Virus record (IMG/VR): IMGVR_UViG_3300024274_000264
Direction: 5' to 3' (one strand)
Source of the DNA: a virus
Length of the DNA: 64,000 nucleotides
Shown: one piece after another, positions 1-8,753 of the stretch
Numbering within the stretch: the stretch's first letter is position 1
How the letters are laid out: the number at the start of each line of letters is the position of its first letter
Position numbers and translations under genes: made by a program
The notes under the pieces: model-generated
Told to the model about the DNA's origin: nothing
Databases searched by the model: none
What the model saw: only the letters and a program-made list of their open reading frames with translations

Positions 1-111
1 AATCATAAAAAGTATAACAAAACAAAAGGAATAGTTTTTAGGTTTGAAATATAATAAACTTCATATAAGCCTCACCAGGGGCTTTACGAGCAAATTTGGA
101 GCAACTATTTT

Positions 112-714
112 ATGCAGGTGGACACCGCAAACAAACAAGAGTTTAAGCTGGTTTATCATGATTTATGTGATTCGTTTTGTTTGTATAGAAATGATAAAGG
201 TCTAACTATTTTAGAACAAGAAAAAACGGAATACAATTCCAGATTGTATTATGATAAGTCACAATTGGTTTCGAGTATTAAAGAAAAGTATTTTGAAATA
301 TTTAAAGAACCTTTTAGTGGTCTTGTAAAAATAGAAGAACCACATCATTTGATGTATGAATTTGTTAATTGCTTTCCTAAAAATGACGAATCTTTTAGTT
401 TGAAAAGATGTAATTTAAATGATCCTAAATTTTATAGTACAGTTGTTTTTGAAAATGGAACTGCATCAATTGTAATAGGAACAAATGAATTATATGTTTT
501 AAACAAAAAAATGATTTTTTTAAATTCTAGGCGGCTTAATTCAGGAGAAAAAATTTATAGTTACTTATCTGAAAATGGAATTATAGAATCTTCTATTTTT
601 TTAAATGACGATAATTTATTTTTTGAGTTGTTTGAATTAACCATAAAAAATTTAATTCCAAAATTTACACTTGTAAGGGGTGGTGAAAATATAAAATATG
701 ATTTACAAAAATAG
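112..714 (+). CDS. Hypothetical protein, family A (C-terminal YLSENGI motif)
   Basis: 200-aa ORF; shares Y-x-K-x-F-x-x-x-F and YL(S/T)E-x-(G/S)I motifs with 762..1292 and with the tnpB-interrupted gene. Confidence 0.75.
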   Translation: MQVDTANKQEFKLVYHDLCDSFCLYRNDKGLTILEQEKTEYNSRLYYDKSQLVSSIKEKYFEIFKEPFSGLVKIEEPHHLMYEFVNCFPKNDESFSLKRCNLNDPKFYSTVVFENGTASIVIGTNELYVLNKKMIFLNSRRLNSGEKIYSYLSENGIIESSIFLNDDNLFFELFELTIKNLIPKFTLVRGGENIKYDLQK

Positions 715-761
715 AAAATCGGGGAGGGTGTCTAAGTCTCAAACATCAAAAAAAGGAACAT

Positions 762-1292
762 ATGCTAAATCCTAAAGATATAAAGCTTGTGGCAGAATAC
801 TCAGTAGAAGGATCTTGTTTGTTTAAAAACAAGAAAACAGATGACGAAATTCTTTTAATAGGAAAATCCAAACAAGAAATTGGTTTTTTTCTTGGAAAGT
901 ATGAAAAAATTTTTAAACATACTTTTAATTCTTTTGTAGTTGGAAATTATAATCCTAATGAATTTCATTTATATTTTTATAAAAATGGTAGACCGCAAGT
1001 AATATTTATTTATTCAAAATTTACTAAGAAAAAATTTTTTCAACTAACTTTTCGAGATAGTGAGATAAAAGGATTTTCTAATATTGAATTTGACTCAATA
1101 AAAGATTTTCCTTTTATATATATGGGTCAGTCTTCAAATAAAATGTTTAGTTATTTAACTGAAACATCTATAAAAGAATTTCCGTTTCAGATTTTAGAAA
1201 AAGAAAACATTATTCAAACGGATTGGTTTGAAATCGATTTTGAAAATATAAAAATTGATAACATCGTATATAATTCCTTTTTTGAGAATTAA
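762..1292 (+). CDS. Hypothetical protein, family A (YLTETSIKEFP motif)
   Basis: 176-aa ORF with AAGGA SD upstream; C-terminal SYLTETSIKEFP resembles FLTExGIxEFP of the HRxDGPA family. Confidence 0.75.
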   Translation: MLNPKDIKLVAEYSVEGSCLFKNKKTDDEILLIGKSKQEIGFFLGKYEKIFKHTFNSFVVGNYNPNEFHLYFYKNGRPQVIFIYSKFTKKKFFQLTFRDSEIKGFSNIEFDSIKDFPFIYMGQSSNKMFSYLTETSIKEFPFQILEKENIIQTDWFEIDFENIKIDNIVYNSFFEN

Positions 1293-1298
1293 ACATAA

Positions 1299-1796
1299 AT
1301 GATAAATTCATACAATGGGCATATGTGTACATTTATTCAATTTACAGTAGGATGCCAACCAAATTATGCTTATTTCAACCATTGGTTTCCAATTAACGCA
1401 TTCAGAACAACAAAAGTTGTGATCTTATCGAAAATTTATTTTTCACAAAAAAGAAAACTAAAGTCTCTTTTTAAGAAACATTATCTCTTAAATAAGAAAT
1501 ATGGGTTTTCAAAAGAAGGTTTGGAAAAAACTTGTAAATCGATAGAAAAAGATATGAAATTAATGATTTATGATGCTCATGATGCTTCAAAAGATGTTGA
1601 AACGAATTTAACAGTAATGCCTTATATTTACCATGTTTCTTTTGAATATAATAAAGATTTATTTGGCGATAAAACCGTTTTTTTAAGCAATGAAATTTTC
1701 CCTGATCTTTTGTTTTGTACAGAAGAGCGCCTGAATGAATTGAGATATCTTGGAGCCAAAATAACAACGAGAGGACAAATAATTGTAACGAAATGA
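1299..1796 (+). CDS. Hypothetical protein, paralog of 1793..2257
   Basis: KIYFSQKRKLKSLFKKHY vs KIWFSQKRKIASPLYKHY; similar C-termini (DLL...ER...L...G...IVT[KR]); ATGA overlap. Confidence 0.75.
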   Translation: MINSYNGHMCTFIQFTVGCQPNYAYFNHWFPINAFRTTKVVILSKIYFSQKRKLKSLFKKHYLLNKKYGFSKEGLEKTCKSIEKDMKLMIYDAHDASKDVETNLTVMPYIYHVSFEYNKDLFGDKTVFLSNEIFPDLLFCTEERLNELRYLGAKITTRGQIIVTK

Positions 1797-2257
1797 GAGA
1801 ATATTTTAATCCTCTTAAAAATAAGTTTGAATATGAATTTGCTGGAATGTTAAATTTCTGGAAAGGCGCTTCTTTTATTTTTGGTTATGGGGCGGTTGTT
1901 TCTCAAAACGACGTTATCAGGATAAAGAAAAAAATTTGGTTTTCTCAAAAAAGAAAAATTGCTTCACCGCTATACAAACATTACAGGTCGAATTTTTCAA
2001 ATAAAGAAATAGTAAAAATTGTAAAAAACATAGAATCAAGCATAGAAATAGGATTTTTCTCGGGTCATTTAAGAAAATACATCGCGGAAAGATTTACAAA
2101 TGAAAATTATTTTTATGTGATTGAAAGTTTGGACAAAGATGGGGTAAAAAACGAAAGATTTAATGATTTGTTAATTACTTCACAAGAAAGAATAACAAAA
2201 TTAAAAACGGTTGGAGTTAACTTTGTAGAACCAGCAAGGGTGATAGTAACAAGGTGA
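1793..2257 (+). CDS. Hypothetical protein, paralog of 1299..1796
   Basis: Shared motifs with the upstream ORF; ATGA and GTGA overlaps on both sides. Confidence 0.75.
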   Translation: MREYFNPLKNKFEYEFAGMLNFWKGASFIFGYGAVVSQNDVIRIKKKIWFSQKRKIASPLYKHYRSNFSNKEIVKIVKNIESSIEIGFFSGHLRKYIAERFTNENYFYVIESLDKDGVKNERFNDLLITSQERITKLKTVGVNFVEPARVIVTR

Positions 2258-2610
2258 GACTAAAGGCAATCAAAAAGAATATTGAGTATACTTATATCGA
2301 AAATGAACGGTTTCAAACAAGTGAAACTATTTGTTTTAGTATTTACGAAGCGCCAATAACAAAAACTAAGGTATTACAATTTAGTGATGAATATCCTTTT
2401 AATATACTAAAAGCAGTAGATTGGTACGAGAAAAATTTTAATGAGAAATTTATAGGGATATCTCTTAATAGATGGTTTTCTAAGTGGTTTTCAAAAGTCT
2501 TTTTATTAAAAGGAAATGAAATAATAGAATCATTAACGCTGCTCCCCACTGGACAGTTTAGATTTACTAAATTTTTCAGGGCCGAAAGTTTCCAAACTCA
2601 TATTTATTTT

Positions 2611-3841
2611 ACGAAAATATGAACAGAAAACCCAAGGATTTATCCTTGGGATGAATGCGAATTTTTTACAAGTAAAAATATACTCCCACCCATACTTATC
2701 CTTAATCCTCAATGCTTATCAAAACTTTTAAAGTCAAACACCATAAGAAAGATTTTGAAAACATGTTCCAAAAAGCATATGAGGTTGCTTTATATGCTAA
2801 ATCTCAACAAGGAATAAAAACTCCATCTTCCAAAGATGTTAAACATGTTGGTTTGAAAAGTGAAATTTCTAATCAAATTTTAAGAAAATACCATTCAAAC
2901 AAAACCCTTAAAATCATTAAAAAAGACAAAGTAAAACTAATAATCCCAAGTCAAAATTTAAAATCAGATAAAGAAAACCAAAACATCTATGTTCCTTGTT
3001 TAAAACTAAACTTAAATTGTTGGTTTGATTTTAACTTTCTAAAAGTTAACCAAGTAGAAATTGACAAGGAATACGCCTATATCTCTTGTTCTTTTCAAGA
3101 AGAAATAATAAATAAAGAAACCGAAAATTTTGTTGGAATTGATTTAAACTCAACTTCTCATTCTATTGTAATAGCAAACCAAGCAACAGGCAAGGTTAAG
3201 AAATTTGGGAAATCAATTCCTCATGTTCAAAACAAGTACAAGAAAATAAGAAAAAACCTTCAACAAAAGAATTGTCATTTACCTATTAAAAAACTTGGAA
3301 ACAGGGCAAAAAATATAGTAAACGATACTCTTCATAAGGTAACAACTGTAATTGTAAAAGAAGCAAAAGCAACTGGTTGTGGAATTAAGATAGAAAACCT
3401 AAAAGGAATATCAAAGAAAAATACGAAGAAATACCATAAAGAAAGCAACTTCACCTTAAACTCTTGGCCATTTTATAAATTTAAACAATTTATAAAATAT
3501 AAGGCTTTTTTGTCTGGTGTAAGTGTTATTGAAATTGTTCCTGCTTGGACTTCTCAAAACTGCTCTCGTTGTGGTTTAAAAGGAAATAGGGAAAGAAAAT
3601 TATTTAAGTGCCAAAACTGTGGGCACGTTGATCATGCCGATGTAAATGCTGCTTTCAACATAGCGTTTTCAAGGATGGTCGATCCTATCAAGAATGAGAT
3701 TGGTAGGAGAGGAGAAAAAGCAAAGGCTTCGCCTTTGCCTATGGCACCCTCAACTGGCAATGGGTTTGAAGGCGATCCAACCAGAGAGCAATTTGAAGAA
3801 ATTCAAGAAACCCACTGTTAAGAACAGTGGGAGTATGTCAT
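2611..3841 (+). mobile_element. IS200/IS605-family (IS1341-like) non-autonomous element, tnpB only
   Basis: Left hairpin CCCAAGGA-ttta-TCCTTGGG (2631-2650); right hairpin CCCACTGTT-aag-AACAGTGGG (3811-3831) followed by AGTATGTCAT; no tnpA; exact left boundary uncertain (2611-2622). Confidence 0.8.
2712..3821 (+). CDS. tnpB: RNA-guided endonuclease TnpB
   Basis: RuvC-I GIDLN, RuvC-II IKIENL, zinc finger CSRCG...CQNCG, RuvC-III HADVNAAFNI; the catalytic D-E-D residues are all present. Confidence 0.93.
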   Translation: MLIKTFKVKHHKKDFENMFQKAYEVALYAKSQQGIKTPSSKDVKHVGLKSEISNQILRKYHSNKTLKIIKKDKVKLIIPSQNLKSDKENQNIYVPCLKLNLNCWFDFNFLKVNQVEIDKEYAYISCSFQEEIINKETENFVGIDLNSTSHSIVIANQATGKVKKFGKSIPHVQNKYKKIRKNLQQKNCHLPIKKLGNRAKNIVNDTLHKVTTVIVKEAKATGCGIKIENLKGISKKNTKKYHKESNFTLNSWPFYKFKQFIKYKAFLSGVSVIEIVPAWTSQNCSRCGLKGNRERKLFKCQNCGHVDHADVNAAFNIAFSRMVDPIKNEIGRRGEKAKASPLPMAPSTGNGFEGDPTREQFEEIQETHC

Positions 3842-4143
3842 TCTTTCTGATATTAAGTCCAATATTGATCTTAACTCGGTAGTCGATTATGATTCCATTG
3901 AATGCAAGCAATATTTAACCGAAAACGGAATAGTAAAAATTCCTGCCATTTTTAATTTGATTAATGGTAAAATTGATCACGAATTATTCTACATCGATTC
4001 TTTGGAAATCAAGCCTAAGTTTGAAATCGATGATAAATTTAAAGTTATCTGTGATGAATAACAAAACATTTAAAATGTTATTTTTTAAAGAATCTTATTT
4101 GCGGCAAGCAGTATCTAAATAAACAAAGGAACAGAATAAAAAA

Positions 4144-4395
4144 ATGAAACTAATCGAATTCTATGCAACATGGTGTGGCCCATGCAAAATACAAAAACCA
4201 ATAGTAGAAAGACTAAGCAAAGAACTTCAAATGGATGTTCGCTATGTTGATATTGATGAAGAACCAGAAATCGCAAATAAATATGAAATTAGAGCTGTGC
4301 CATCAATTGTAGTTTTAGATGATCAAGACAAGTTTGTAAAAAAACTGGTCGGGCTACAAATGATGCCGACTCTAAAGGCAAATTTACAGTTTTAA
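4144..4395 (+). CDS. trxA: Thioredoxin
   Basis: FYATWCGPCK active site, VDIDE and cis-Pro VPS motif; 83 aa. Confidence 0.92.
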   Translation: MKLIEFYATWCGPCKIQKPIVERLSKELQMDVRYVDIDEEPEIANKYEIRAVPSIVVLDDQDKFVKKLVGLQMMPTLKANLQF

Positions 4396-4410
4396 ACCAT
4401 ATTTATTTTC

Positions 4411-5079
4411 GTGAAAATCAAATCTCTTATATTCGAAGAAGCTGAAAATATTGACAGAAGTGAAAGGATAAGTATAAGACTTCTCGATGAAATATTTGAT
4501 GCGTTTCATCTTTCAACTAAATTCTTGGGAAAAGAATTTGTTTTTACTCCAAGAGTTGCCAAAAACTTATATAAAGATGTAGACCAAAATATTATTGAAG
4601 ATGATATTACGCCAAGAATTTCTGTGGCACGGCGTATAGAAGATGCTTTAGCTTCGCTTGATGGTGTTTATCCAAATGAAGAATTCTTCATTTATGGAAT
4701 GGACACAGAAAAAGCGAACAAAATGTTTTCGACCGCAAAGAAAATAGAAGATTGTCCAGATGATGGAGAATCTGATTATGGACTTTCATTTTTGATGAAA
4801 AAGTTTTTAACAAAAACATTAAATTTAAACGATGAAGAGAGTGAAGAACTTTCCCAAAAAAAATACTCCCCCAAACTATTAAGAAAAGATTTGGGAGATA
4901 AATTCATAGGATGTGTTCCAGACGCCAAAGAAACAAATGAGTACTGGCTTTTAGAACCAACAAATTTTATATTCATCGGTTCTTTGATTAATTCGCGATA
5001 TTTTTATCCAAGTGTAGAATTTAAAGAAAATTATTTCTCCAAAGAAGACCTAGCAGAATCTGTTGAATACAACAAGTAA
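4411..5079 (+). CDS. MKIKSLIFE-leader protein, possible ADP-ribosyltransferase-like fold
   Basis: FHLS...FTPRV...EDDITPRISVA...VPDAKETNEYW pattern suggests an H-S-E ART-like core; recognised by eye only. Confidence 0.5.
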   Translation: MKIKSLIFEEAENIDRSERISIRLLDEIFDAFHLSTKFLGKEFVFTPRVAKNLYKDVDQNIIEDDITPRISVARRIEDALASLDGVYPNEEFFIYGMDTEKANKMFSTAKKIEDCPDDGESDYGLSFLMKKFLTKTLNLNDEESEELSQKKYSPKLLRKDLGDKFIGCVPDAKETNEYWLLEPTNFIFIGSLINSRYFYPSVEFKENYFSKEDLAESVEYNK

Positions 5080-5136
5080 AAAAATAAGAAAATTATTTAC
5101 TTGCAGAGTTGAAAAAAATTTTTTATATTTAGATAT

Positions 5137-5802
5137 GTGAAAATTAAATCGCTTATATTCGAAGAAATTAAAGCTATTGTTAAAACATCGCGGCTAGAGT
5201 ACGCCGATAAGGGGAATCAATTGTTTCTCAAAATAGGAAACAATATTGATTCCCCTTCTGCTTTTGGTTTGGGGGATGAATGGAAAAAAGAGACTGGCAA
5301 AAACTTTGAGTCGGGCGTTTCTTGTTTTTTTGTTTCTAAAAAGGGAAACAAGTATTTTATTTCAAAACCTGATCAAAGCCAAGCGCTCTATGGTTTAAAA
5401 GACTATTTCCAAAACATGTTTCTTGACGTTCTTTTAATTCCTCTTGTGCTTGGTCAAACAAATATCGTAAAAGGAGAATTAATTCCAATTCAAAATCAAG
5501 ATTTCGCGGAATGGTACTCAGAAGTCTATCCAGATGAAGTAGATGAAAATACAAAATTTTATGATTATCTAACAGGCTCAGATGGAGAACCTTTATTAAA
5601 AGTTAACACGGTTTCGGTTATTGAAAAAATAGATCCGATACAATTTTTGGAAAACTTTTATATTAATGATGGTTATCGTGTATTAGATTTATTTATGGAT
5701 AATGTTAATCGTTTATTCGACGCAGATTTTCCAGATGAAACCTCAGATGAGTTTATTGACTATTTGAACCTTAAAATCAAAGAGAAAAGAAGTCGCAAAT
5801 GA
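5137..5802 (+). CDS. MKIKSLIFE-leader protein, possible ART-like fold
   Basis: ESGVSCF and GSDGEPLL motifs could supply the S and E of an ART core; weak. Confidence 0.4.
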   Translation: MKIKSLIFEEIKAIVKTSRLEYADKGNQLFLKIGNNIDSPSAFGLGDEWKKETGKNFESGVSCFFVSKKGNKYFISKPDQSQALYGLKDYFQNMFLDVLLIPLVLGQTNIVKGELIPIQNQDFAEWYSEVYPDEVDENTKFYDYLTGSDGEPLLKVNTVSVIEKIDPIQFLENFYINDGYRVLDLFMDNVNRLFDADFPDETSDEFIDYLNLKIKEKRSRK

Positions 5803-6425
5803 AAATTAAACCTCTTATCTTCGAATCAAAAACTCGATATTCAGATATTGCCGATGAAATTCAAGATTTGAATGAAATGTCTCTTAAAAAGATTAAACAA
5901 AAATATTCTCTAAATGAGATTAACAGAGGCGAAAACAAAGTCATTTATTATACATTTACCCCAGGTAAATTTCTATTGAAAGTATCCAACAATTCAAGAG
6001 AGATAGAAAAGGAAATTAATGTCTATAAATGTTCTGGTTATTCTTCATTACTAACAAAGGTTTATGGATTTGATCGAAATAACTATAACTGGATGATTAC
6101 TGAACAAGTTCAAACTTTGTCGAAGGATAAATTTGAAATGCTCTTATCTAGTATTTTAAATAACACAAATGTGTTAAAAGAGTTATCTATTATAGCGCGT
6201 ACAGAGAATTCTTCTCTTGAAAGAGAGTTTGTTAAAATATTAAAGGATAAAAAAACCCGTAACACTAAAATCGATAGCGAATGGTTGGTATCAATTTTGG
6301 AACTAGTTGATTTATGCGGTTTAGAATCTGGGGATTTATATCATGATAATTGGGGCACACGAAATGGATCTGATTTAGTTATTTTGGACTATGGCTTTGA
6401 AGGATTTGACGACAATGAAAATTAA
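5799..6425 (+). CDS. Minimal protein-kinase-like phosphotransferase 1
   Basis: RGENKVIY, LLKV, EKE, WMITEQV, catalytic loop GDLYHDNWG, DFG-equivalent ILDYG. Confidence 0.75.
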   Translation: MKIKPLIFESKTRYSDIADEIQDLNEMSLKKIKQKYSLNEINRGENKVIYYTFTPGKFLLKVSNNSREIEKEINVYKCSGYSSLLTKVYGFDRNNYNWMITEQVQTLSKDKFEMLLSSILNNTNVLKELSIIARTENSSLEREFVKILKDKKTRNTKIDSEWLVSILELVDLCGLESGDLYHDNWGTRNGSDLVILDYGFEGFDDNEN

Positions 6426-7074
6426 ACCACTTATATTTGAAATGGCACTCTCGAAACTACCAAAAGAGCTAAATGACATTGTTGACAAGCTAAGAAATAT
6501 GTCTGTTGATGAAATTGAAAAAATGTTTGCTGGTAAAGAAATAGGCGCAGGATCGTTTAAAGTTGTTTACAATCTTGGAAACTATGTGTTAAAAGTATCT
6601 AAGGACGAGACCGATGAAATAAAAAACGAAATAAAGATAAAGTCTTGCGGAGGAGATAAATTTTTAACAAAGATTTATGCATATGACGAAACAGGATATA
6701 CATGGTTAGTTTCTGAAAAAGTCAGACCTCTAAACCCAGGCAGGGATACAATGGGTTTTATTGATTATCTTAAAGCCGAATTAGAAGGTTCTAATTTTCT
6801 TGATATAGAACAGTGGATTGAAGGTTATGGTGGAGAAGAAGAAAAAGTAAAAAACTATGAACTTGAAGGCGAACAGTTTTTACATACTTTTTTAGATTAT
6901 TTAAAATCTCAAAAAGATTTTCCAACAGGAAAATATTCGCCCTGGCTTAAAAGCCTTTTAAACCTCATTAGACGCTGTGAAATAAATCCAGGAGACTTAC
7001 TCGTTAGAAACTGGGGGAGGCGTTTAAACGGGGATTTTGTTATTTTAGACTATGGTTACACAAAGATGTTTTGA
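6415..7074 (+). CDS. Minimal protein-kinase-like phosphotransferase 2 (start revised to the MKIKPLIFE ATG)
   Basis: Gly loop IGAGSFKVVY, VLKV, KNE, WLVSEKV, GDLLVRNWG, ILDYG. Confidence 0.78.
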   Translation: MKIKPLIFEMALSKLPKELNDIVDKLRNMSVDEIEKMFAGKEIGAGSFKVVYNLGNYVLKVSKDETDEIKNEIKIKSCGGDKFLTKIYAYDETGYTWLVSEKVRPLNPGRDTMGFIDYLKAELEGSNFLDIEQWIEGYGGEEEKVKNYELEGEQFLHTFLDYLKSQKDFPTGKYSPWLKSLLNLIRRCEINPGDLLVRNWGRRLNGDFVILDYGYTKMF

Positions 7075-7076
7075 AA

Positions 7077-7733
7077 ATGAAAATTAAACCACTTATATTT
7101 GAATCTAATACAAGCGAAATTAAAAGTATAATCAACACATTAAAGTCTTTTAGGTTTTATGAAGACATTGAAAAATATGCAATTTCTAATTTTAGATTAA
7201 TTGGTAAAAGTGAATATTCAACAAGAGAAGTTTATCAAGTCAACAATAACTTGGTTTTGAAAATTGATTTAACAGGGCGACAAAATCAAAATGAAGTAAA
7301 GGCTAAACAGTGTATAGATGATTTGTTTGCCACAAAAATTTATGATTTTGACAAGTCGTATTTCTATTGGATAATAGCAGAAAAAGTTAGCCCAATAAAA
7401 TCCGTAGAAGAATTCAGAGCAGCTCTTTTAGAAAAATTAGAAGGTTCAGATAGTTCAATTATATCTTCTATTAAAGATGCGGAAAAAGATGTTTCCGAAG
7501 AGGATAGAGAAAATGGAGATTATTTTTCTCTTGCCGAAATTTTTAATGGAATTTTAGAAAATGTTATGAGCAATAATAGAAATTATACTACTCGCGTTAA
7601 TAATTGGATGTTGACTTTAGCTAAAGGATTAGCTCGTTGTGGAGTAAAGCCGCAACAAGTAGACCTTCACGAAGAAAATTGGGGCAAACGTGATAACGGT
7701 GAATTGGTAATTCTTGACTTAGGGTATTTCTAA
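7077..7733 (+). CDS. Minimal protein-kinase-like phosphotransferase 3
   Basis: IGKSEYSTREVY, VLKI, QNE, WIIAEKV, VDLHEENWG, ILDLG. Confidence 0.75.
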   Translation: MKIKPLIFESNTSEIKSIINTLKSFRFYEDIEKYAISNFRLIGKSEYSTREVYQVNNNLVLKIDLTGRQNQNEVKAKQCIDDLFATKIYDFDKSYFYWIIAEKVSPIKSVEEFRAALLEKLEGSDSSIISSIKDAEKDVSEEDRENGDYFSLAEIFNGILENVMSNNRNYTTRVNNWMLTLAKGLARCGVKPQQVDLHEENWGKRDNGELVILDLGYF

Positions 7734-8182
7734 TACTCGATTCCTATTAATTCACAAAACTTTTTCACTGCCTCTGGTTCGTCAGAACTAATATAATGTC
7801 CTTCTGAATTAACTTTGCAAATAAACTTTTCTTTCGTTTTGGCATCTATAACAAACCAAAAGTTTAAATAATAAGTTGTTTCTTCGATTTTATCTTCAGT
7901 TAATAATTTAACAGAAACAGGAAACGCTCTAATTTTGTAAAAGTATTTGCTTGCAACAGATCCAACATTTGGAAAAAATTCTATAAAATTACGAACCATC
8001 TCAGAGGAGGCACACGCAAAAAAATCAATCATAGTTTCATTTGGATTTAATTCCAAAGTAATTTTATCTGCTTTTAAAGGTTCTATAAACTTTAATTTGG
8101 ACAAAAGACCTACAATTTGTTTATATGACTTAATGTTTATAGAATATAAATTTCCATTTGTTTTAACCAAGTGCTTAAACAT
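7730..8182 (-). CDS. Hypothetical protein
   Basis: 150-aa ORF, last of a three-gene minus-strand run with overlapping junctions. Confidence 0.7.
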   Translation of the reverse strand: MFKHLVKTNGNLYSINIKSYKQIVGLLSKLKFIEPLKADKITLELNPNETMIDFFACASSEMVRNFIEFFPNVGSVASKYFYKIRAFPVSVKLLTEDKIEETTYYLNFWFVIDAKTKEKFICKVNSEGHYISSDEPEAVKKFCELIGIEY

Positions 8183-8753
8183 AAAGTTCCTCAGAATATA
8201 AAAGCTTTACCAAGACTGTTTTACCAACGTCTCTATCTCCAAACAACATATAATCTATGTTAAAGTGGGGTTCATAATGAATTTTAATCGATTTTATAAT
8301 ACAAACAGGTTCTACGGTAATGGGATCTACTGTCCAATCCTCTATTTCATAAACTCCAAGAAATTTGTCTGTATCATTAAATTTTGGCCCAAAAACAAAT
8401 TTTTGTAAAAGTTTCCATCCAGAAGTTCCAACAACTACTTTATCAAGATTAATATTATTAGTTTTAAACCAATAAAAAATATCAATAAAAGAAGTGTAAA
8501 ACGAAGAATACCAAAACGATTTTTCTTGTTCTTTATTAGTAAATAAATTTTGACCAGGATTACTTGGTTTCAAACTCGACATTTTTATAGGTTCGCGAGA
8601 TTCTCCAGTCAATTTATTACAAAATACTCCTGGTTTCATTGGCCAGTATTGACAATATGAACCAAATTCATCTTCTGTTCCTATAACTTTCTTCTTTTCT
8701 TCTTTGGTTGTTTCCATCTTAAAAGATATAGCCAATAGGATTACTTTAAACAA
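8175..8753 (-). CDS. Major-capsid-fragment-like protein 2 (paralog of 8746..9246)
   Basis: YWPMKPGVFCNKLTG...VVVGTSGW...IHYEPHF...MLFG aligns by eye with the neighbouring ORF. Confidence 0.5.
   Translation of the reverse strand: MFKVILLAISFKMETTKEEKKKVIGTEDEFGSYCQYWPMKPGVFCNKLTGESREPIKMSSLKPSNPGQNLFTNKEQEKSFWYSSFYTSFIDIFYWFKTNNINLDKVVVGTSGWKLLQKFVFGPKFNDTDKFLGVYEIEDWTVDPITVEPVCIIKSIKIHYEPHFNIDYMLFGDRDVGKTVLVKLLYSEELYV

Larger units (their letters stand above)
2254..4061 (+). pseudogene. Family A gene interrupted by the tnpB element (5' part 2254..~2620, 3' part ~3842..4061)
   Basis: Sequence after the element is a start-less, stop-free 72-codon frame (LSDIKS...KQYLTENGIVKIP...ICDE*) carrying the family A C-terminal motif. 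Confidence 0.65.

Noticed and set aside
2622-2712. IStron (group I intron plus tnpB) that would splice and restore the host gene
   Set aside because: Only ~90 nt lie between the host gene and tnpB, too little for a group I catalytic core.
2712-3821. Cas12f/type V CRISPR effector
   Set aside because: No array or cas genes nearby; IS200/IS605-type end hairpins flank the ORF.
6391-6414. ORF-track start MALKDLTT
   Set aside because: The ATG at 6415 gives the family's MKIKPLIFE N-terminus.
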